DNA from: Calditrichia bacterium
Lineage (GTDB): Bacteria > Calditrichota > Calditrichia > RBG-13-44-9 > J075
DNA length: 64,000 bases
Direction of reading: 5' to 3'
NCBI GenBank assembly: GCA_050633245.1
Contig: JBOEGD010000027.1
Location: 104,339 to 168,338 of the forward strand
Shown here: positions 49,254 to 60,202 of the stretch, in pieces
Position numbering within the stretch: the first letter of the stretch is position 1
How the letters are laid out: every line of letters begins with the position of its first letter
The notes under the pieces: generated by a model
What the model was told of the DNA's origin: nothing
Databases searched by the model: none
Seen by the model: only the letters and a program-made list of their open reading frames with translations
Translations under genes and position numbers: made by a program

Positions 49254-50441
49254 TTATCCAGTGATATCGCGGAGAAATGTTACGAGTTTGTCAACATGTG
49301 TCGCGGGATCAAAAAACTTCCGGCATTTTTCCCTACCGCTACGCCCCATATCTAACACGTCGGTCTGATTGCGCACCGCATATTCCAGTGCTTCAGCAAT
49401 TGCCGGAACGTCATCAGGCTCCACCAACAGCGCATCTTCGCCATTTTTCAGATAGCGCGAAACATCTCCAACTTGTGAGGCAATTACCGGATTTCCGGTA
49501 GCTAAATATTCCCCCAGTTTGAATGGAAAGCCGGCATTGGCAAAATCACTACCAACCCGCGTCATGCAAAGAATATCGGCTTCATCAAGAAAGCGATAAA
49601 AGGCATCATCATCCAGATAACCGATAAAATTAATTTGCTTCTCCCCTTCTACTTTCTGACGATATGTGTCGGCATTTTGTCCTTTGCCGGTTAAATACAA
49701 CTGTGCTTCAGGGATGGCTTCACGCTTGTGTTTAAAGGCATCGATCAAATTACCTACGCCATCCTTATTATTGAATGAACCGGAATAAACAATCTTTATC
49801 GGATCACCAAAGCTTTCTTTTTGCTTCTTTTTACGTATCTGCGCGGCAATTGGTAGCAATAAAATCGGGAATGCATCTCCAAGCATTTTTCGGTAGCGAT
49901 CCATAAGATAATGGGAAATAACAACCAAACCATCTGCCAGTCGCCCCAAATGAGTATCGAGCCACCCAAGCGACTTTACTTTGATACGTCCCAGTAAATG
50001 TCGCCGCTCGCTGGCATCTTCAAGCTCTTCCACTATATCAAAAACTATCTTGAAACCAAGTCGCTTTGCGTAGAGAAGAAACGGCAGGTTTTCAACTGTT
50101 GGTCCGCCGTAATAATATAAAATATTTGATAAATCCTGATTTAATCGGCTCTTTAGGAACGTCATTCCCTTTTTCAAATATGCGGGTGTCTGCAACAGCC
50201 CCCTAAAATCGGGACGTATATCATGACCTGTTGTTTGATACTCAACGCCATTGTAGATACCGTCTGGTTTGGCAACCGACTTAACTCCGCCCTGCCGTAG
50301 CAAGAGCAGGGAAACCGGGATTTCCCTGCCATGGAGAGAATTTACGATGTGTTGAATTCGCTTAGTTCCTGCCATACCATGTGGCCAGGGAAAGTTCCCC
50401 ATAACAATAACGTTACAGGGTGGCTGTGAGACCTCAGACAT
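49254..50441 (-). CDS. Glycosyltransferase family 4
   Basis: Motifs YSGSF..KDG and PFKLGEYLATGNPVIAS. ATG 50441 lies just after the carbamoyltransferase stop. Confidence 0.88.
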   Translation of the reverse strand: MSEVSQPPCNVIVMGNFPWPHGMAGTKRIQHIVNSLHGREIPVSLLLLRQGGVKSVAKPDGIYNGVEYQTTGHDIRPDFRGLLQTPAYLKKGMTFLKSRLNQDLSNILYYYGGPTVENLPFLLYAKRLGFKIVFDIVEELEDASERRHLLGRIKVKSLGWLDTHLGRLADGLVVISHYLMDRYRKMLGDAFPILLLPIAAQIRKKKQKESFGDPIKIVYSGSFNNKDGVGNLIDAFKHKREAIPEAQLYLTGKGQNADTYRQKVEGEKQINFIGYLDDDAFYRFLDEADILCMTRVGSDFANAGFPFKLGEYLATGNPVIASQVGDVSRYLKNGEDALLVEPDDVPAIAEALEYAVRNQTDVLDMGRSGREKCRKFFDPATHVDKLVTFLRDITG

Positions 50442-50443
50442 GC

Positions 50444-52135
50444 TTACTTCTCCAACACATAATTGCCAAGCACCAGACAATCCATACCGTTATCATAGAA
50501 GCAACGTATGGCTTGGCGTGGATGATTAATAATTGGTTCACCCATAATATTCAGCGAGGTGTTCAGCACTAAATACTCTCCTGTAAGCTTGCCGAATTCG
50601 TTAATCAGGTTCCAATAGCGTTCATTGAATTCTTTTTTCACTGTTTGTGGTCTCAACGTACCGTCGGCATGAACAACTGCCGGTACTTTACTGCGTCGCT
50701 CTTCGGGACAGGTAAAACTGGTTACCATAAAGAACTCATCGCGTGGGTTCGTCATGTAATCCTCTTTGCGCTCCCACTGCATCGACGGGCAAAATGGACG
50801 GAAAGCTTCGCGAAACTTGACGCGTGCATTGATCGTGTCTTTATTTTCTGCCTTATTTGCACTCATCAGAATCGAACGATTTCCCAATGCGCGTGGCCCA
50901 CTTTCCATACGCCCTTGAAACCATGCAACGATCTTGTCTTCAGCCAGCTTTTTGGCAGCATACTCGGCAACATTTTCCTCATAGCGATACGTCAGATGAC
51001 GAAGTTTCAAGATATCTTCAATCTCCTCATTGCTATATTCAGGTCCCCAATAAAGATTATCCAGCGGATGAATCTCATCATTCGGATTGTTTTCATAGTA
51101 TACATGAAGCGCAGCACCTGCTGCCAATCCTGAGTCGCCGCAATTTGGATAGATATGCTGCTTTGTCACGTTACCAGATTCCCAAATTCGCTGATTAAGC
51201 TTTACGTTCAGAAAAACGCCACCAGAGCAACTTAGATTGCGTGTATTTTCTTTTTCAAGCCACGGATAAACTAGCTGCGCAACCTGCTGTTCAAGCAAGC
51301 GCTGTGCTTCAGCTGCAATGTCTTCACGACCATGCTTGTTTATTAGATCACGAATTTCATACGCCTCATCAAAGTGCCACTGAATAGCGCCACCTTCATT
51401 CCAGAAATTGGGACTGTCGTAAGGATAGGGCTCGGCAAGCTTACCGTTAAGAAACTTCGGAGTAAACTTATCGAGAACACCGGTTACTTTAGCAGGGTCT
51501 CCATAAGGCGCCAACCCCATGGTCTTTCCCTCACCATCTCCATGCCACCAGCCGAGAGCCTCGGTTACATTACTGTAGAACCAACCAAGTGAAGACGTGC
51601 GATCAAACTTTTCAATTGGCTCAATTTTTCCGTTCTCTCCACGCCAGAGACAGGTTGAAAAACCATCACCAGCACCATCAAGTGTAACAATTAATTGTTT
51701 TTCATTGCGATTGCCACTGGTATAATATGCTGACGCGGCATGAGCCAGATGATGATCTACATGAACTAATTCTGTATCATCGGTAATCGGAAAGTTTTTA
51801 ACATATATCGGGGGTTTTGCAGTAGAGCGCTTCATGAAACCTTGCACAATATCCAAAAGCTGCCGTTTTGTCGTTTTATTTTGTTCACGATCTCCTGCAA
51901 GCCCGAGCAAAAAGTTAAGGGATGGAATACTACCACTACTGGGCACTGCAACAGCATCTATCTGGTCCATTGTCAGATTCTGTGAAGATAAACAATATTC
52001 AATTGATTTTAGCGGCAGACCACAATAGTGCTTGGTTCTTGTAAAACGCTCCTCGGCAGCATCTGCAACAATTTTACCATTAATAACCAGTGCTGCACTA
52101 CTATCATGCCCGATATGTATTCCCAAAACTTTCAT
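50444..52135 (-). CDS. O-carbamoyltransferase (NodU/CmcH family)
   Basis: Motifs HDSSAAL, EERF.R.KH, HHLAHAASA, EGKTMGLAPYG, GPRALGNRS, KFRE.FRPF and NTSLN..GEP. Confidence 0.95.
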   Translation of the reverse strand: MKVLGIHIGHDSSAALVINGKIVADAAEERFTRTKHYCGLPLKSIEYCLSSQNLTMDQIDAVAVPSSGSIPSLNFLLGLAGDREQNKTTKRQLLDIVQGFMKRSTAKPPIYVKNFPITDDTELVHVDHHLAHAASAYYTSGNRNEKQLIVTLDGAGDGFSTCLWRGENGKIEPIEKFDRTSSLGWFYSNVTEALGWWHGDGEGKTMGLAPYGDPAKVTGVLDKFTPKFLNGKLAEPYPYDSPNFWNEGGAIQWHFDEAYEIRDLINKHGREDIAAEAQRLLEQQVAQLVYPWLEKENTRNLSCSGGVFLNVKLNQRIWESGNVTKQHIYPNCGDSGLAAGAALHVYYENNPNDEIHPLDNLYWGPEYSNEEIEDILKLRHLTYRYEENVAEYAAKKLAEDKIVAWFQGRMESGPRALGNRSILMSANKAENKDTINARVKFREAFRPFCPSMQWERKEDYMTNPRDEFFMVTSFTCPEERRSKVPAVVHADGTLRPQTVKKEFNERYWNLINEFGKLTGEYLVLNTSLNIMGEPIINHPRQAIRCFYDNGMDCLVLGNYVLEK

Positions 52136-52193
52136 CCACTACTCCTTTCAAAACACTTAAAACTATTACGATATTTTCATTGAAGAATTTTAT

Positions 52194-53384
52194 CTACTTT
52201 TTATCATCCAAAATCTTTTGATATGCTTTCATGAGTTTGGCACCAACTTTAGCGGGTTTGTGTCGCATATGGGCAATCTCTCGCGCGGCAAAACTTAATG
52301 CCTGCCTTTTTTCGGGGTTATCGAGAAGGCTTTTTAGAGCTTCTGTTAGCGAATCAACATTCGAAGGTTCAACGAGAAGCCCGGTCACATTATCTTCGAT
52401 CATAGAAGGTACTCCACCAACGCTCGAAACAACGACGGGTAAACCGGAGACCATAGCTTCCGCAACCCCATTGGGACTATTTTCTGCAAAAGAAGGATAT
52501 GCCAAAATCTGATGTCGCATATGTGCGGCGGCAATCTCTTTTTGAGAAAGGAATCCGGCAAAGCGAATTTTGCCGATTAAGCCCTGAGCGGCAGCAATTT
52601 CTTCAAGGTGAGCTTGATATTCTACGGAGACACCGCCAACAATAGTTAACGATAAGCCGGGAAACTGCGTCAGCAGCTGCCCGAGTGAAAGCAAAAGAAT
52701 TTCGATGCCTTTACGCTTAATTACTGAACCGACGAAAAGAATGCTGTGTTCATTTTGAACCTGCCAACTCTCAGCAAAGAAGTCAGGGTGTATGGCATGG
52801 TGTATCTCAAAGATATGTGCCTTCTCGTTCAGTTCTTTAACGAAGCCGGTGTCAAGGTTTGTACGACAATCGAAGTATTTTGCTTTACTTACAACAAATC
52901 GCTCTGATTCTTTTACAGTTTTGGCGGCTCTGGAATGGGAATCTGCTGCAATCAAATTCATAACACCCTGTATGGTAATCAAGCATGGGTAGTTAGAATG
53001 GTAAGCAGCAAGTGAGTATCCCCTCTCAGTTCCATAAGCATGAACTATATCAGGGTTCAGCCGCTTCACTTCTGCGACCAAACGCCTGACATTAAAACGG
53101 TGTGCGGTAAGAATTTCCAGATTGAAGTATGGGGGATAGCCTCGATTCGTAAAAGGGATTCCACTCTTGATGACATGGAACGTGATGCCTCCCTTTCGAA
53201 CGATGGTCGTTTTGTTTACAAGTGGACTCTCTGTAATAATATGTAAATCAATATCCGGATACAACGCGATCTCTTCAGAAAGCGTGACGATCCAGCTACA
53301 TGAGTGTCCATCTAAATGCCGTGCCAGAGATAGTTCCGGCTCGAGCGTTGTCACGTTGTATGGGCTTAGCCAGGCAATTTTCAT
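52194..53384 (-). CDS. Glycosyltransferase family 4
   Basis: Motifs FVGS...RKG and ENSPNGVAEAMVSGLPVV. Confidence 0.92.
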   Translation of the reverse strand: MKIAWLSPYNVTTLEPELSLARHLDGHSCSWIVTLSEEIALYPDIDLHIITESPLVNKTTIVRKGGITFHVIKSGIPFTNRGYPPYFNLEILTAHRFNVRRLVAEVKRLNPDIVHAYGTERGYSLAAYHSNYPCLITIQGVMNLIAADSHSRAAKTVKESERFVVSKAKYFDCRTNLDTGFVKELNEKAHIFEIHHAIHPDFFAESWQVQNEHSILFVGSVIKRKGIEILLLSLGQLLTQFPGLSLTIVGGVSVEYQAHLEEIAAAQGLIGKIRFAGFLSQKEIAAAHMRHQILAYPSFAENSPNGVAEAMVSGLPVVVSSVGGVPSMIEDNVTGLLVEPSNVDSLTEALKSLLDNPEKRQALSFAAREIAHMRHKPAKVGAKLMKAYQKILDDKK

Positions 53385-54928
53385 ACAGCAATATTTCTTC
53401 TCAATGCTGTATCACGAGGCTTTGCTACCGCAGTTGACGGCAGATTCAACTGGAATGTTCGAATAACTGCTGAGGAAAGGCCCAGAAAGACCCAAACCAG
53501 CATCTGATAATTCATCATTCGTAAAATACTGATCTTAAACTGATCAGCCAAAAGAAGTATCCAAAACAGTGATAGCCCAATAATGAGAGGCATTAGGTAA
53601 TGCTTTGTTTTTCTGTGGGATATCATAATTTTAATTAACCGGAGCAGTATGACTAGAATAATTCCTAGATAAGCGAATGCGCCTACCCACCCATAAATAA
53701 TCGGAAGTGCAAAATACAGGCTGTGGAAGTCAGAATAAATCGTCGATCTTCCGTTAAATAGTGCATTATAATTATTCAGAGGAATTCCTGATCCATAGCC
53801 TACAAGCCAATTATCACTTGAAATACGTTGCATCCCCATTAAAAACAATGGGCCACGGTTAATAGCCTCACCGCTTGTTATATCTGTAACCGTAATACTT
53901 GAACGATCGGATATGGTTCTTTCAAGACGTGTTAAAGTCGATTCCAGACCGACTGACGTTCCAACAACAGATAAAAAGGTTAAGATAATCAAAATGTAGC
54001 TAATGTATTTTCGTCTGGCATCAACAATCGCAATGGGAATGACAAGGAAAAATGTTGTGTAAACAATTCCGGTTAATATAACAAGCAAAAAAGCCGAGCG
54101 CGTTCCTGATAATAATACATTGAACAAGGCAAATAGCAACAACCAAAACACCAGCCCCTTCCTCAATTTTAGAAACTTTTGCGTCATATTTGAAACAATT
54201 AGCGGGATCGCCAATGTAATCATTAACATTGAATATTCACCAAAAAGTTCAGAATGCCTCAAGCTACTGGTTGCTCGAATAGAGCCCGCACTGATCTGCC
54301 CCAAACCATCGGCTGAGTAAGACCCCAACAGTGGTGTATTTAAAGTAACTATTTCAAAACGCTGGTTCATAGCAACCACAAACATAGTGATCATCATTGC
54401 GCATAAGGTATAGAGGAGTACTTTTACTCTCTCGGGCGTAATTACAACACGACTCATCAAGATATAGCATAGAAGCATTCCCAGAAAACTGAAGATACCT
54501 AAGAAATAAGGTGCTCCGGTCATTTCGTTTCGCAATATCCAGCCTACTAAATTGCTAATAACCAGCGCAAGTAAAAGAGAATTCATTGTGAAATCGGAAT
54601 TCCCCAACCTTTTTATCGGTTTTCCAGTGAAGTAATAGATGAGGATAAGACCAAATGCCAGGAGGTTCCACAGTCCGCCTTGACTTTCGGCATAAGCAAA
54701 ATGACAGCAAATAAACACTATCAGAATAAAGCCAAAGACGTCCCGTTTATGACAGAGCACATAGAAGAGGATCAAAAACAATATACCTCCGCCAACAGCT
54801 CCAACTATAGGGCTCGGCATGAATTCTCTTAGAAGAAAATGCCCGAAAATTAAGCATACAAAAGCAAATTTAAGCACATCCTGAAAGTTTTTAGATATCG
54901 CTTTATTAAAATATATAACACTAAACAT
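53381..54928 (-). CDS. O-antigen/polysaccharide polymerase or ligase (Wzy/WaaL-like)
   Basis: More than 10 TM helices; LSGTRSA; periplasmic loop with G.G.G and HSLY. Confidence 0.75.
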   Translation of the reverse strand: MFSVIYFNKAISKNFQDVLKFAFVCLIFGHFLLREFMPSPIVGAVGGGILFLILFYVLCHKRDVFGFILIVFICCHFAYAESQGGLWNLLAFGLILIYYFTGKPIKRLGNSDFTMNSLLLALVISNLVGWILRNEMTGAPYFLGIFSFLGMLLCYILMSRVVITPERVKVLLYTLCAMMITMFVVAMNQRFEIVTLNTPLLGSYSADGLGQISAGSIRATSSLRHSELFGEYSMLMITLAIPLIVSNMTQKFLKLRKGLVFWLLLFALFNVLLSGTRSAFLLVILTGIVYTTFFLVIPIAIVDARRKYISYILIILTFLSVVGTSVGLESTLTRLERTISDRSSITVTDITSGEAINRGPLFLMGMQRISSDNWLVGYGSGIPLNNYNALFNGRSTIYSDFHSLYFALPIIYGWVGAFAYLGIILVILLRLIKIMISHRKTKHYLMPLIIGLSLFWILLLADQFKISILRMMNYQMLVWVFLGLSSAVIRTFQLNLPSTAVAKPRDTALRRNIAV

Positions 54929-54938
54929 AGGTAATTCT

Positions 54939-56132
54939 TTAGTTTAAAATTTTCTGAACAATACTGCTCCAATTTAACTCTTTTTCCACCAACTCGCGTC
55001 CGCGCTTCCCCATTGCAGAAGCTTCTTCCATATTTTCCAGCAACTGTCCCAGTTTCAAAGTAAGGTCATCTAAATCACCAGGCTGAATACGCAGTCCATT
55101 GCAGTATTTGGTACGGTGTTCATACCCATGAAAATCCGGTACAATAATGGGGATGCCAACAGCCGAAGCTTCAATAGTACTAATTGTGGCATGATCAACC
55201 CATATTGCAATATCTGATGCAGAGAAATAGTGGTGCAATTCTACCGGCGCCACCCAAGGCACAAAGTTTACCTGTTTTTCAAGGCTATGTGCTTTTATCA
55301 GATCAGTAAGCGTACTTTGGTAAGCAGGTTCACATTTCCCTATCAACAAAAGTTTCAGATCTCTTCTTCCGAGTCTTCCTATCGCTTCCAGTATAAGATG
55401 CGTCTTTTTATAAGGTGCCATTTTACCTGAATGAACGATAAGGATTTCATCTGGTAAAACCCCATATTCTTTGCGAATCTTTCTACGACTTTCTGGCTTA
55501 TGAAAGATGGTTTCCGAATCGACTCCGAGAGTGATTTCAGTCATCTTTTCTGCTGCACCGAAATAAAGCTTTTTTGCAACTTCCGAACTGTATTCATTCA
55601 TACCAATTATCCTGGTTGCCGCTGCTAAACTCACTTTTTTACAAACTTTTGCAACAGCATCAAGGAAAGCGGCCTTTATGCCGGCAATTCCTGAAGCTCC
55701 CGCTCCCCGGGCATAAATATAATGTTCATTAACTACAACATAATAGCGATATCCAAGCCGATATTTTAATAGAGCAGTCTGTAGAGCAATTGGAAAGTTT
55801 TCCACACTTTGAAAGAACAGCAAATCGGGTTTCAGGTTCTTCAAAGCTGCTGATAACCCCGGCAACAATTCAATACCGCCATTTCGCCCCCAACAGTGAC
55901 CTTCGAGACGTACCACAGTAAAACCATTTTCTTCCAATGTCCCGGCAGGTCGGTCGCCATGTTCATCATCGGCAGAAAGGATTTGCTGGTAGTTTCTCGG
56001 AATAACCCGGGTTGTAGTTACAATAGTCACACGATGTCCAAGAGATTGAAACTGCCTGGCAAAGGCATTTTCCATATATTCAAAATCGGCGGAGAAGTAG
56101 CGACAAAAAAGAACAATATTCATAGGTCTCAA
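54939..56132 (-). CDS. Glycosyltransferase family 4
   Basis: Motifs HSGK..PYK, SDIAIW and EASAVGIPII. Confidence 0.88.
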   Translation of the reverse strand: MRPMNIVLFCRYFSADFEYMENAFARQFQSLGHRVTIVTTTRVIPRNYQQILSADDEHGDRPAGTLEENGFTVVRLEGHCWGRNGGIELLPGLSAALKNLKPDLLFFQSVENFPIALQTALLKYRLGYRYYVVVNEHYIYARGAGASGIAGIKAAFLDAVAKVCKKVSLAAATRIIGMNEYSSEVAKKLYFGAAEKMTEITLGVDSETIFHKPESRRKIRKEYGVLPDEILIVHSGKMAPYKKTHLILEAIGRLGRRDLKLLLIGKCEPAYQSTLTDLIKAHSLEKQVNFVPWVAPVELHHYFSASDIAIWVDHATISTIEASAVGIPIIVPDFHGYEHRTKYCNGLRIQPGDLDDLTLKLGQLLENMEEASAMGKRGRELVEKELNWSSIVQKILN

Positions 56133-56134
56133 AT

Positions 56135-57223
56135 CTATTGAAGAATGCTACATACATATTCGATTTGCGCATCAGTCAATTCGGCAAACATAGGCAAAGA
56201 AAGTATTTGTTCTGCCGCAGTAACGGCTACCGGGAAATCGGCCTCGGCACAACCCAGAAATTCATATGCAGGTAACATCGGCAAAGCTGTTGGGTAATGA
56301 ATAGCGCTGGCCACCCCTTTTGCGTTCAATCGTTGCTGCACGGTTTCTCGATTATCGGTTTGTACCACAAATAAATGATATACATGCCGACTATAAGCCG
56401 GCGCCTGCGGTAGCTGTAAAAACGTATCTTTTAACAGCCGCAGATACTTGGATGCCGCACGGCGACGTGCTTCCGTCCATTCTTCCAGGTAATCCAGCTT
56501 TACGTTCAAAATAGCAGCTTGCATCCCATCCAGACGACTATTACGGCCTTCAATCTGATGATGATGCTTTTGCAACTGTCCGTGGTTTCCTATAATCCGG
56601 CACTGCCTTGCAATCGCCTCATCATTGGTAACAAGACCACCAGCGTCTCCATAAGCGCCGAGATTTTTGCCGGGGTAAAAACTGAATGATGCAGCGTGCC
56701 CGATTGTGCCAACCCGCTTTCCGCGATATTCGGCACCATGCGCTTGAGCGCAGTCTTCGATAACGATCAATCGGTGTTTGCCGGCTATTTCCATTATTTG
56801 ATCCATATCCGCCGGAAGACCATAGAGATGAACCGGAATAATTGCTTTTGTATTTGCGGTTATCGCAGCAGAAATTTTTTCCGGATCAATTGTATAGTAG
56901 ATTGGATCGACATCGACAAATACCGGCTTGGCTCCTGCAGTGGAAACGACTTCCGAGGTAGATATCCATGAGTTTGCCGGCACGATAACTTCATCTCCCG
57001 GGCCAATTCCATAAGCCCGTAGAAGGATTTCCATCGAATCTGTACCATTTGCACAGCCCACACAGTAGCGAACACCGATATAATCTGCGAACCGCTCTTC
57101 AAATTGTTTTACATACGGCCCCTTGATAAAGGCTGTTTGTGAAATGGTGTCGGCAATAGCCGCATCAATTTTCTCCTGAATGCTCAAGTACTGGGCATGC
57201 AGATCAACAAAAGGTACTCTCAT
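56135..57223 (-). CDS. DegT/DnrJ/EryC1/StrS nucleotide-sugar aminotransferase
   Basis: Motifs [29 protein letters not shown] and NSRLD..QAA. Confidence 0.95.
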   Translation of the reverse strand: MRVPFVDLHAQYLSIQEKIDAAIADTISQTAFIKGPYVKQFEERFADYIGVRYCVGCANGTDSMEILLRAYGIGPGDEVIVPANSWISTSEVVSTAGAKPVFVDVDPIYYTIDPEKISAAITANTKAIIPVHLYGLPADMDQIMEIAGKHRLIVIEDCAQAHGAEYRGKRVGTIGHAASFSFYPGKNLGAYGDAGGLVTNDEAIARQCRIIGNHGQLQKHHHQIEGRNSRLDGMQAAILNVKLDYLEEWTEARRRAASKYLRLLKDTFLQLPQAPAYSRHVYHLFVVQTDNRETVQQRLNAKGVASAIHYPTALPMLPAYEFLGCAEADFPVAVTAAEQILSLPMFAELTDAQIEYVCSILQ

Positions 57224-57232
57224 AGTATCCTA

Positions 57233-57772
57233 TTATAACTGTAAATTTTTTTTCCAGCGTTTCAGCAGGCGGTTTTCATCATTATAAAACTGTTCCGCTG
57301 TAAAACGATAGTAGATGAATGTCTCATCTTCACCGCGTATTTCAGCGCCATATGTGGGATGAAATGCAACAACACGGTGATTTCCCTTTCTTACCTCAAA
57401 GTCGCTGCGCTCCAACTTCAGTGTTTCAAATCCCAAATAATACAACAACAACATAGATTCAATGGATGTTGTAAACGGTGATTCCCGAGCAATAATCCAG
57501 CGGCCCCAGTCGAAGACCTTTCCCTGAATATCATATAGCGCAACGATTCCAAGTGGCTTACCTTCAAGCGATTCGATGATCATATGATAATCGCCTTCCG
57601 CATCCATTCGCCTGGTAATCCAGGCTCGCTGTTTCTCAACAGAGGGATCAGTCGTTTTCAAGAATCGCCCCAGTTCACTATCAAGCCTTAAAGAAAGCGC
57701 AAACTCAGCGTCGTTCGGAACAGCGGTGCGCAAGCGAATATGTTTACCGGTAATGGGTTTTTGAAGAATCAT
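57233..57772 (-). CDS. GNAT-family N-acyltransferase
   Basis: RimJ/L-like pattern with LR, WGRWI and EVRKGN.RV..FH..YG. Confidence 0.8.
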   Translation of the reverse strand: MILQKPITGKHIRLRTAVPNDAEFALSLRLDSELGRFLKTTDPSVEKQRAWITRRMDAEGDYHMIIESLEGKPLGIVALYDIQGKVFDWGRWIIARESPFTTSIESMLLLYYLGFETLKLERSDFEVRKGNHRVVAFHPTYGAEIRGEDETFIYYRFTAEQFYNDENRLLKRWKKNLQL

Positions 57773-57775
57773 CTG

Positions 57776-59119
57776 TTAATTTCTGTTTTTCTTAAATCGT
57801 GAAGTTACGTGTTGATCTTCCTGAACAATTTTAATCCGTAGCGGTATCTTATGAGGTTCCAGCAGTTCACGACAGTGTTTTTTTATACGGCGGGGAAGCG
57901 TCTTTTCATCCGTTCCTTCTACGGCAGAAACGCGCGCGCACACAATATTGCCTATTATCGGGTTCGATTCTGAAAACACTGTAGCTTCCACAATATCATC
58001 CATTAAGCTTATGGCAGCCTCTACTTCTGCCGGATATACTTTATCTCCGCCAACATTTATGATGTCGCTTTCCCGGCCAAGAATCTTTACATAGTCTCCA
58101 TCTGTTTCAACGGCATCCTGTGTATTAAACCAGCCATCTTCGGTAAATGGCGAAGGAGCATTCAGGTAACCAAGCATGGCTGATTCCGCCTTTATCTGCA
58201 GAATACCATCGACAATCCTGGTTTGGTAGCCCTCGCCACCGATCTTCATCCACAAAGAGTCGGAACTGCGCGATTTGGAACGCAGTGTTCCAACCTCTGT
58301 CGTGCCGTATTTCTGCAACATCGTAACTCCGGGAAAGAGTTCAGCACAGCGCTGTAGGGTGATAGCAGGCATTACTTCGGCACCATATGTGATATATTTC
58401 AGCGACGAGAGATCGTAACGCAAATAACTTTGTCTCAGCAATAACATATTCAGGAACGTTGGAGAAACCGGCAGTACCTCAACCCGATGTTTGGCAATGA
58501 GTTCACAAACGGAATCAGGGGAGCGGTCTTCTATGGTAATAAGGCAGCTTCCGTTAGAAAGACTATAGAAAAGCGTATCGATACCACCAATGTGATCAAA
58601 AAGCAAAAATGCCATGGTTCTGAGGTTATGACGCCGGGTTTGAAACTTTTGTAGTAATCTGCTGAAATCGTGTACCGCGGCTTTGCTTTTTCCGCTGGAA
58701 CCTGAGGAAAACAGCACCAGTCCGGGATGCCCTGTCTTGCGTAATGTTTCGTAGTACGGGTGTTGTGCTTTTTCCTGTAAAGTGTGAAATTCATAATTTC
58801 CAGCACCTTCAATACGTAACAAGAAGCCACATTGTGCGATATTTCGCAGCTCTTCACGCTGGCTTTCAGGCATAACGGTCATCGGCACCGCAACGCACTC
58901 AGCTTGTATCAGTGCAATCATTGCGGCAGCTGCATCGGGAGAAAAGTCCGCTTCAAGAGCAACCACTGCACCGGGTAGCACCGCTTCTTCCAGCAAAAGA
59001 GCCGTCCAAAAATCGCAGCGATCCAATAGCCACTGATAACTATAGCTCTCACCCTGCCAAACCAGTGCGACGCTATCAGAATTTTCACGGAAAATATTCA
59101 GAAGAAAGTCGGCATGCAT
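57776..59119 (-). CDS. AMP-binding acyl-CoA/acyl-ACP ligase
   Basis: Motifs FSSGSSGKSK, YGTTE, WFNTQD and GRESDIINVGG.KV.P.EVE. Confidence 0.92.
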   Translation of the reverse strand: MHADFLLNIFRENSDSVALVWQGESYSYQWLLDRCDFWTALLLEEAVLPGAVVALEADFSPDAAAAMIALIQAECVAVPMTVMPESQREELRNIAQCGFLLRIEGAGNYEFHTLQEKAQHPYYETLRKTGHPGLVLFSSGSSGKSKAAVHDFSRLLQKFQTRRHNLRTMAFLLFDHIGGIDTLFYSLSNGSCLITIEDRSPDSVCELIAKHRVEVLPVSPTFLNMLLLRQSYLRYDLSSLKYITYGAEVMPAITLQRCAELFPGVTMLQKYGTTEVGTLRSKSRSSDSLWMKIGGEGYQTRIVDGILQIKAESAMLGYLNAPSPFTEDGWFNTQDAVETDGDYVKILGRESDIINVGGDKVYPAEVEAAISLMDDIVEATVFSESNPIIGNIVCARVSAVEGTDEKTLPRRIKKHCRELLEPHKIPLRIKIVQEDQHVTSRFKKNRN

Positions 59120-59121
59120 GC

Positions 59122-59826
59122 CTATGCTACTCCTCCAAGATACAATACCTGAGCAGTGATAAAATCACTCTCGGGTCGAATAAAAAAATCGATAGCATTA
59201 CTTACATCTCGTAGCTCACCATAGCGACGGATCGCCTGCCGGTTAATTAGGGCAGTCATTTTTTCCTGCGGCACGGAACGAATAAGATCCGTCGGTACCG
59301 GGGTTGGCCCAACAGCATTAACGGTGATATTATAATCGGCAAGTTCACGGGCAAAAATTTCGGTAAGCGATACAACTGCTGCTTTAGAGGCGGCATAAAT
59401 GGCCTCCCCTTCCAGACGCAAGGGTGTTGCAACAGTGGCGAAGTTAACGATTCGCCCGTAGCGGACGCGCTGCATCAGACGAGCGGCTTCGCGACAGAAA
59501 AGGAATGTACCGACAACATTCGTATTCAAAATATTGGTAACAGTCTTTTTGGGGGTCAACAATAGATGGTTCATCGAGGCAATGCCGGCATTATTCAACA
59601 ACACGTCCAGCCTGCCGTATCGCTTGCGCACGTCGCGCATCATTCTCCTCACCGCGTCTTCATCGGCAACATCCACACAATAATGATAATAGTTTTCCAG
59701 CGCATAATCGACCTCACTTCGACTGCATCCAACTACATCGAAGCCTTTCTCGACGTAGTATTCCGCCAAATACTTACCAATGCCTTTTCGCGTGCCGGTA
59801 ATAGCCATTACAGGACGTTCGTTCAT
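59122..59826 (-). CDS. FabG-like SDR (3-oxoacyl-ACP reductase-like)
   Basis: Motifs TGTRKGIG, NNAG and YAASK; ATG 59826 overlaps the ACP stop (ATGA). Confidence 0.9.
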   Translation of the reverse strand: MNERPVMAITGTRKGIGKYLAEYYVEKGFDVVGCSRSEVDYALENYYHYCVDVADEDAVRRMMRDVRKRYGRLDVLLNNAGIASMNHLLLTPKKTVTNILNTNVVGTFLFCREAARLMQRVRYGRIVNFATVATPLRLEGEAIYAASKAAVVSLTEIFARELADYNITVNAVGPTPVPTDLIRSVPQEKMTALINRQAIRRYGELRDVSNAIDFFIRPESDFITAQVLYLGGVA

Positions 59827-60128
59827 GCTTCCTCCGTCAACCGGGTGCAAATATAATCCGCAAGCGAATCGATGCTACGGAAGGGACTATTGCGTAAAGA
59901 CATCGCCTTTTCGTCCGCAAGGGTTATTGCAGCGTCAAATTGATCTTCAATTTTTTCTTCGGCGATAACTATCAGGTTAACAAGGGATAAAGAATCCAGT
60001 GAACTTCCTTCTCCATATAGCATGGTAGATGCTGTAGTGTCCAGCTTTTCATCTTCTTCACGCAACTCGTTCAGTTCAGTTACGGCTTCCATCACCAGGC
60101 TCAGCACCTTTTGTTTATCTACAGTCAT
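59823..60128 (-). CDS. Acyl carrier protein
   Basis: Small acidic protein with the LDSLSLV phosphopantetheinylation motif. Confidence 0.88.
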   Translation of the reverse strand: MTVDKQKVLSLVMEAVTELNELREEDEKLDTTASTMLYGEGSSLDSLSLVNLIVIAEEKIEDQFDAAITLADEKAMSLRNSPFRSIDSLADYICTRLTEEA

Positions 60129-60202
60129 TTTTGTCCTTGATTCGTTTTTTTACGGCACTGCCCTGAAAGCCCGCCGTGGTTCAACAAGGTCTTATTTCTT
60201 AA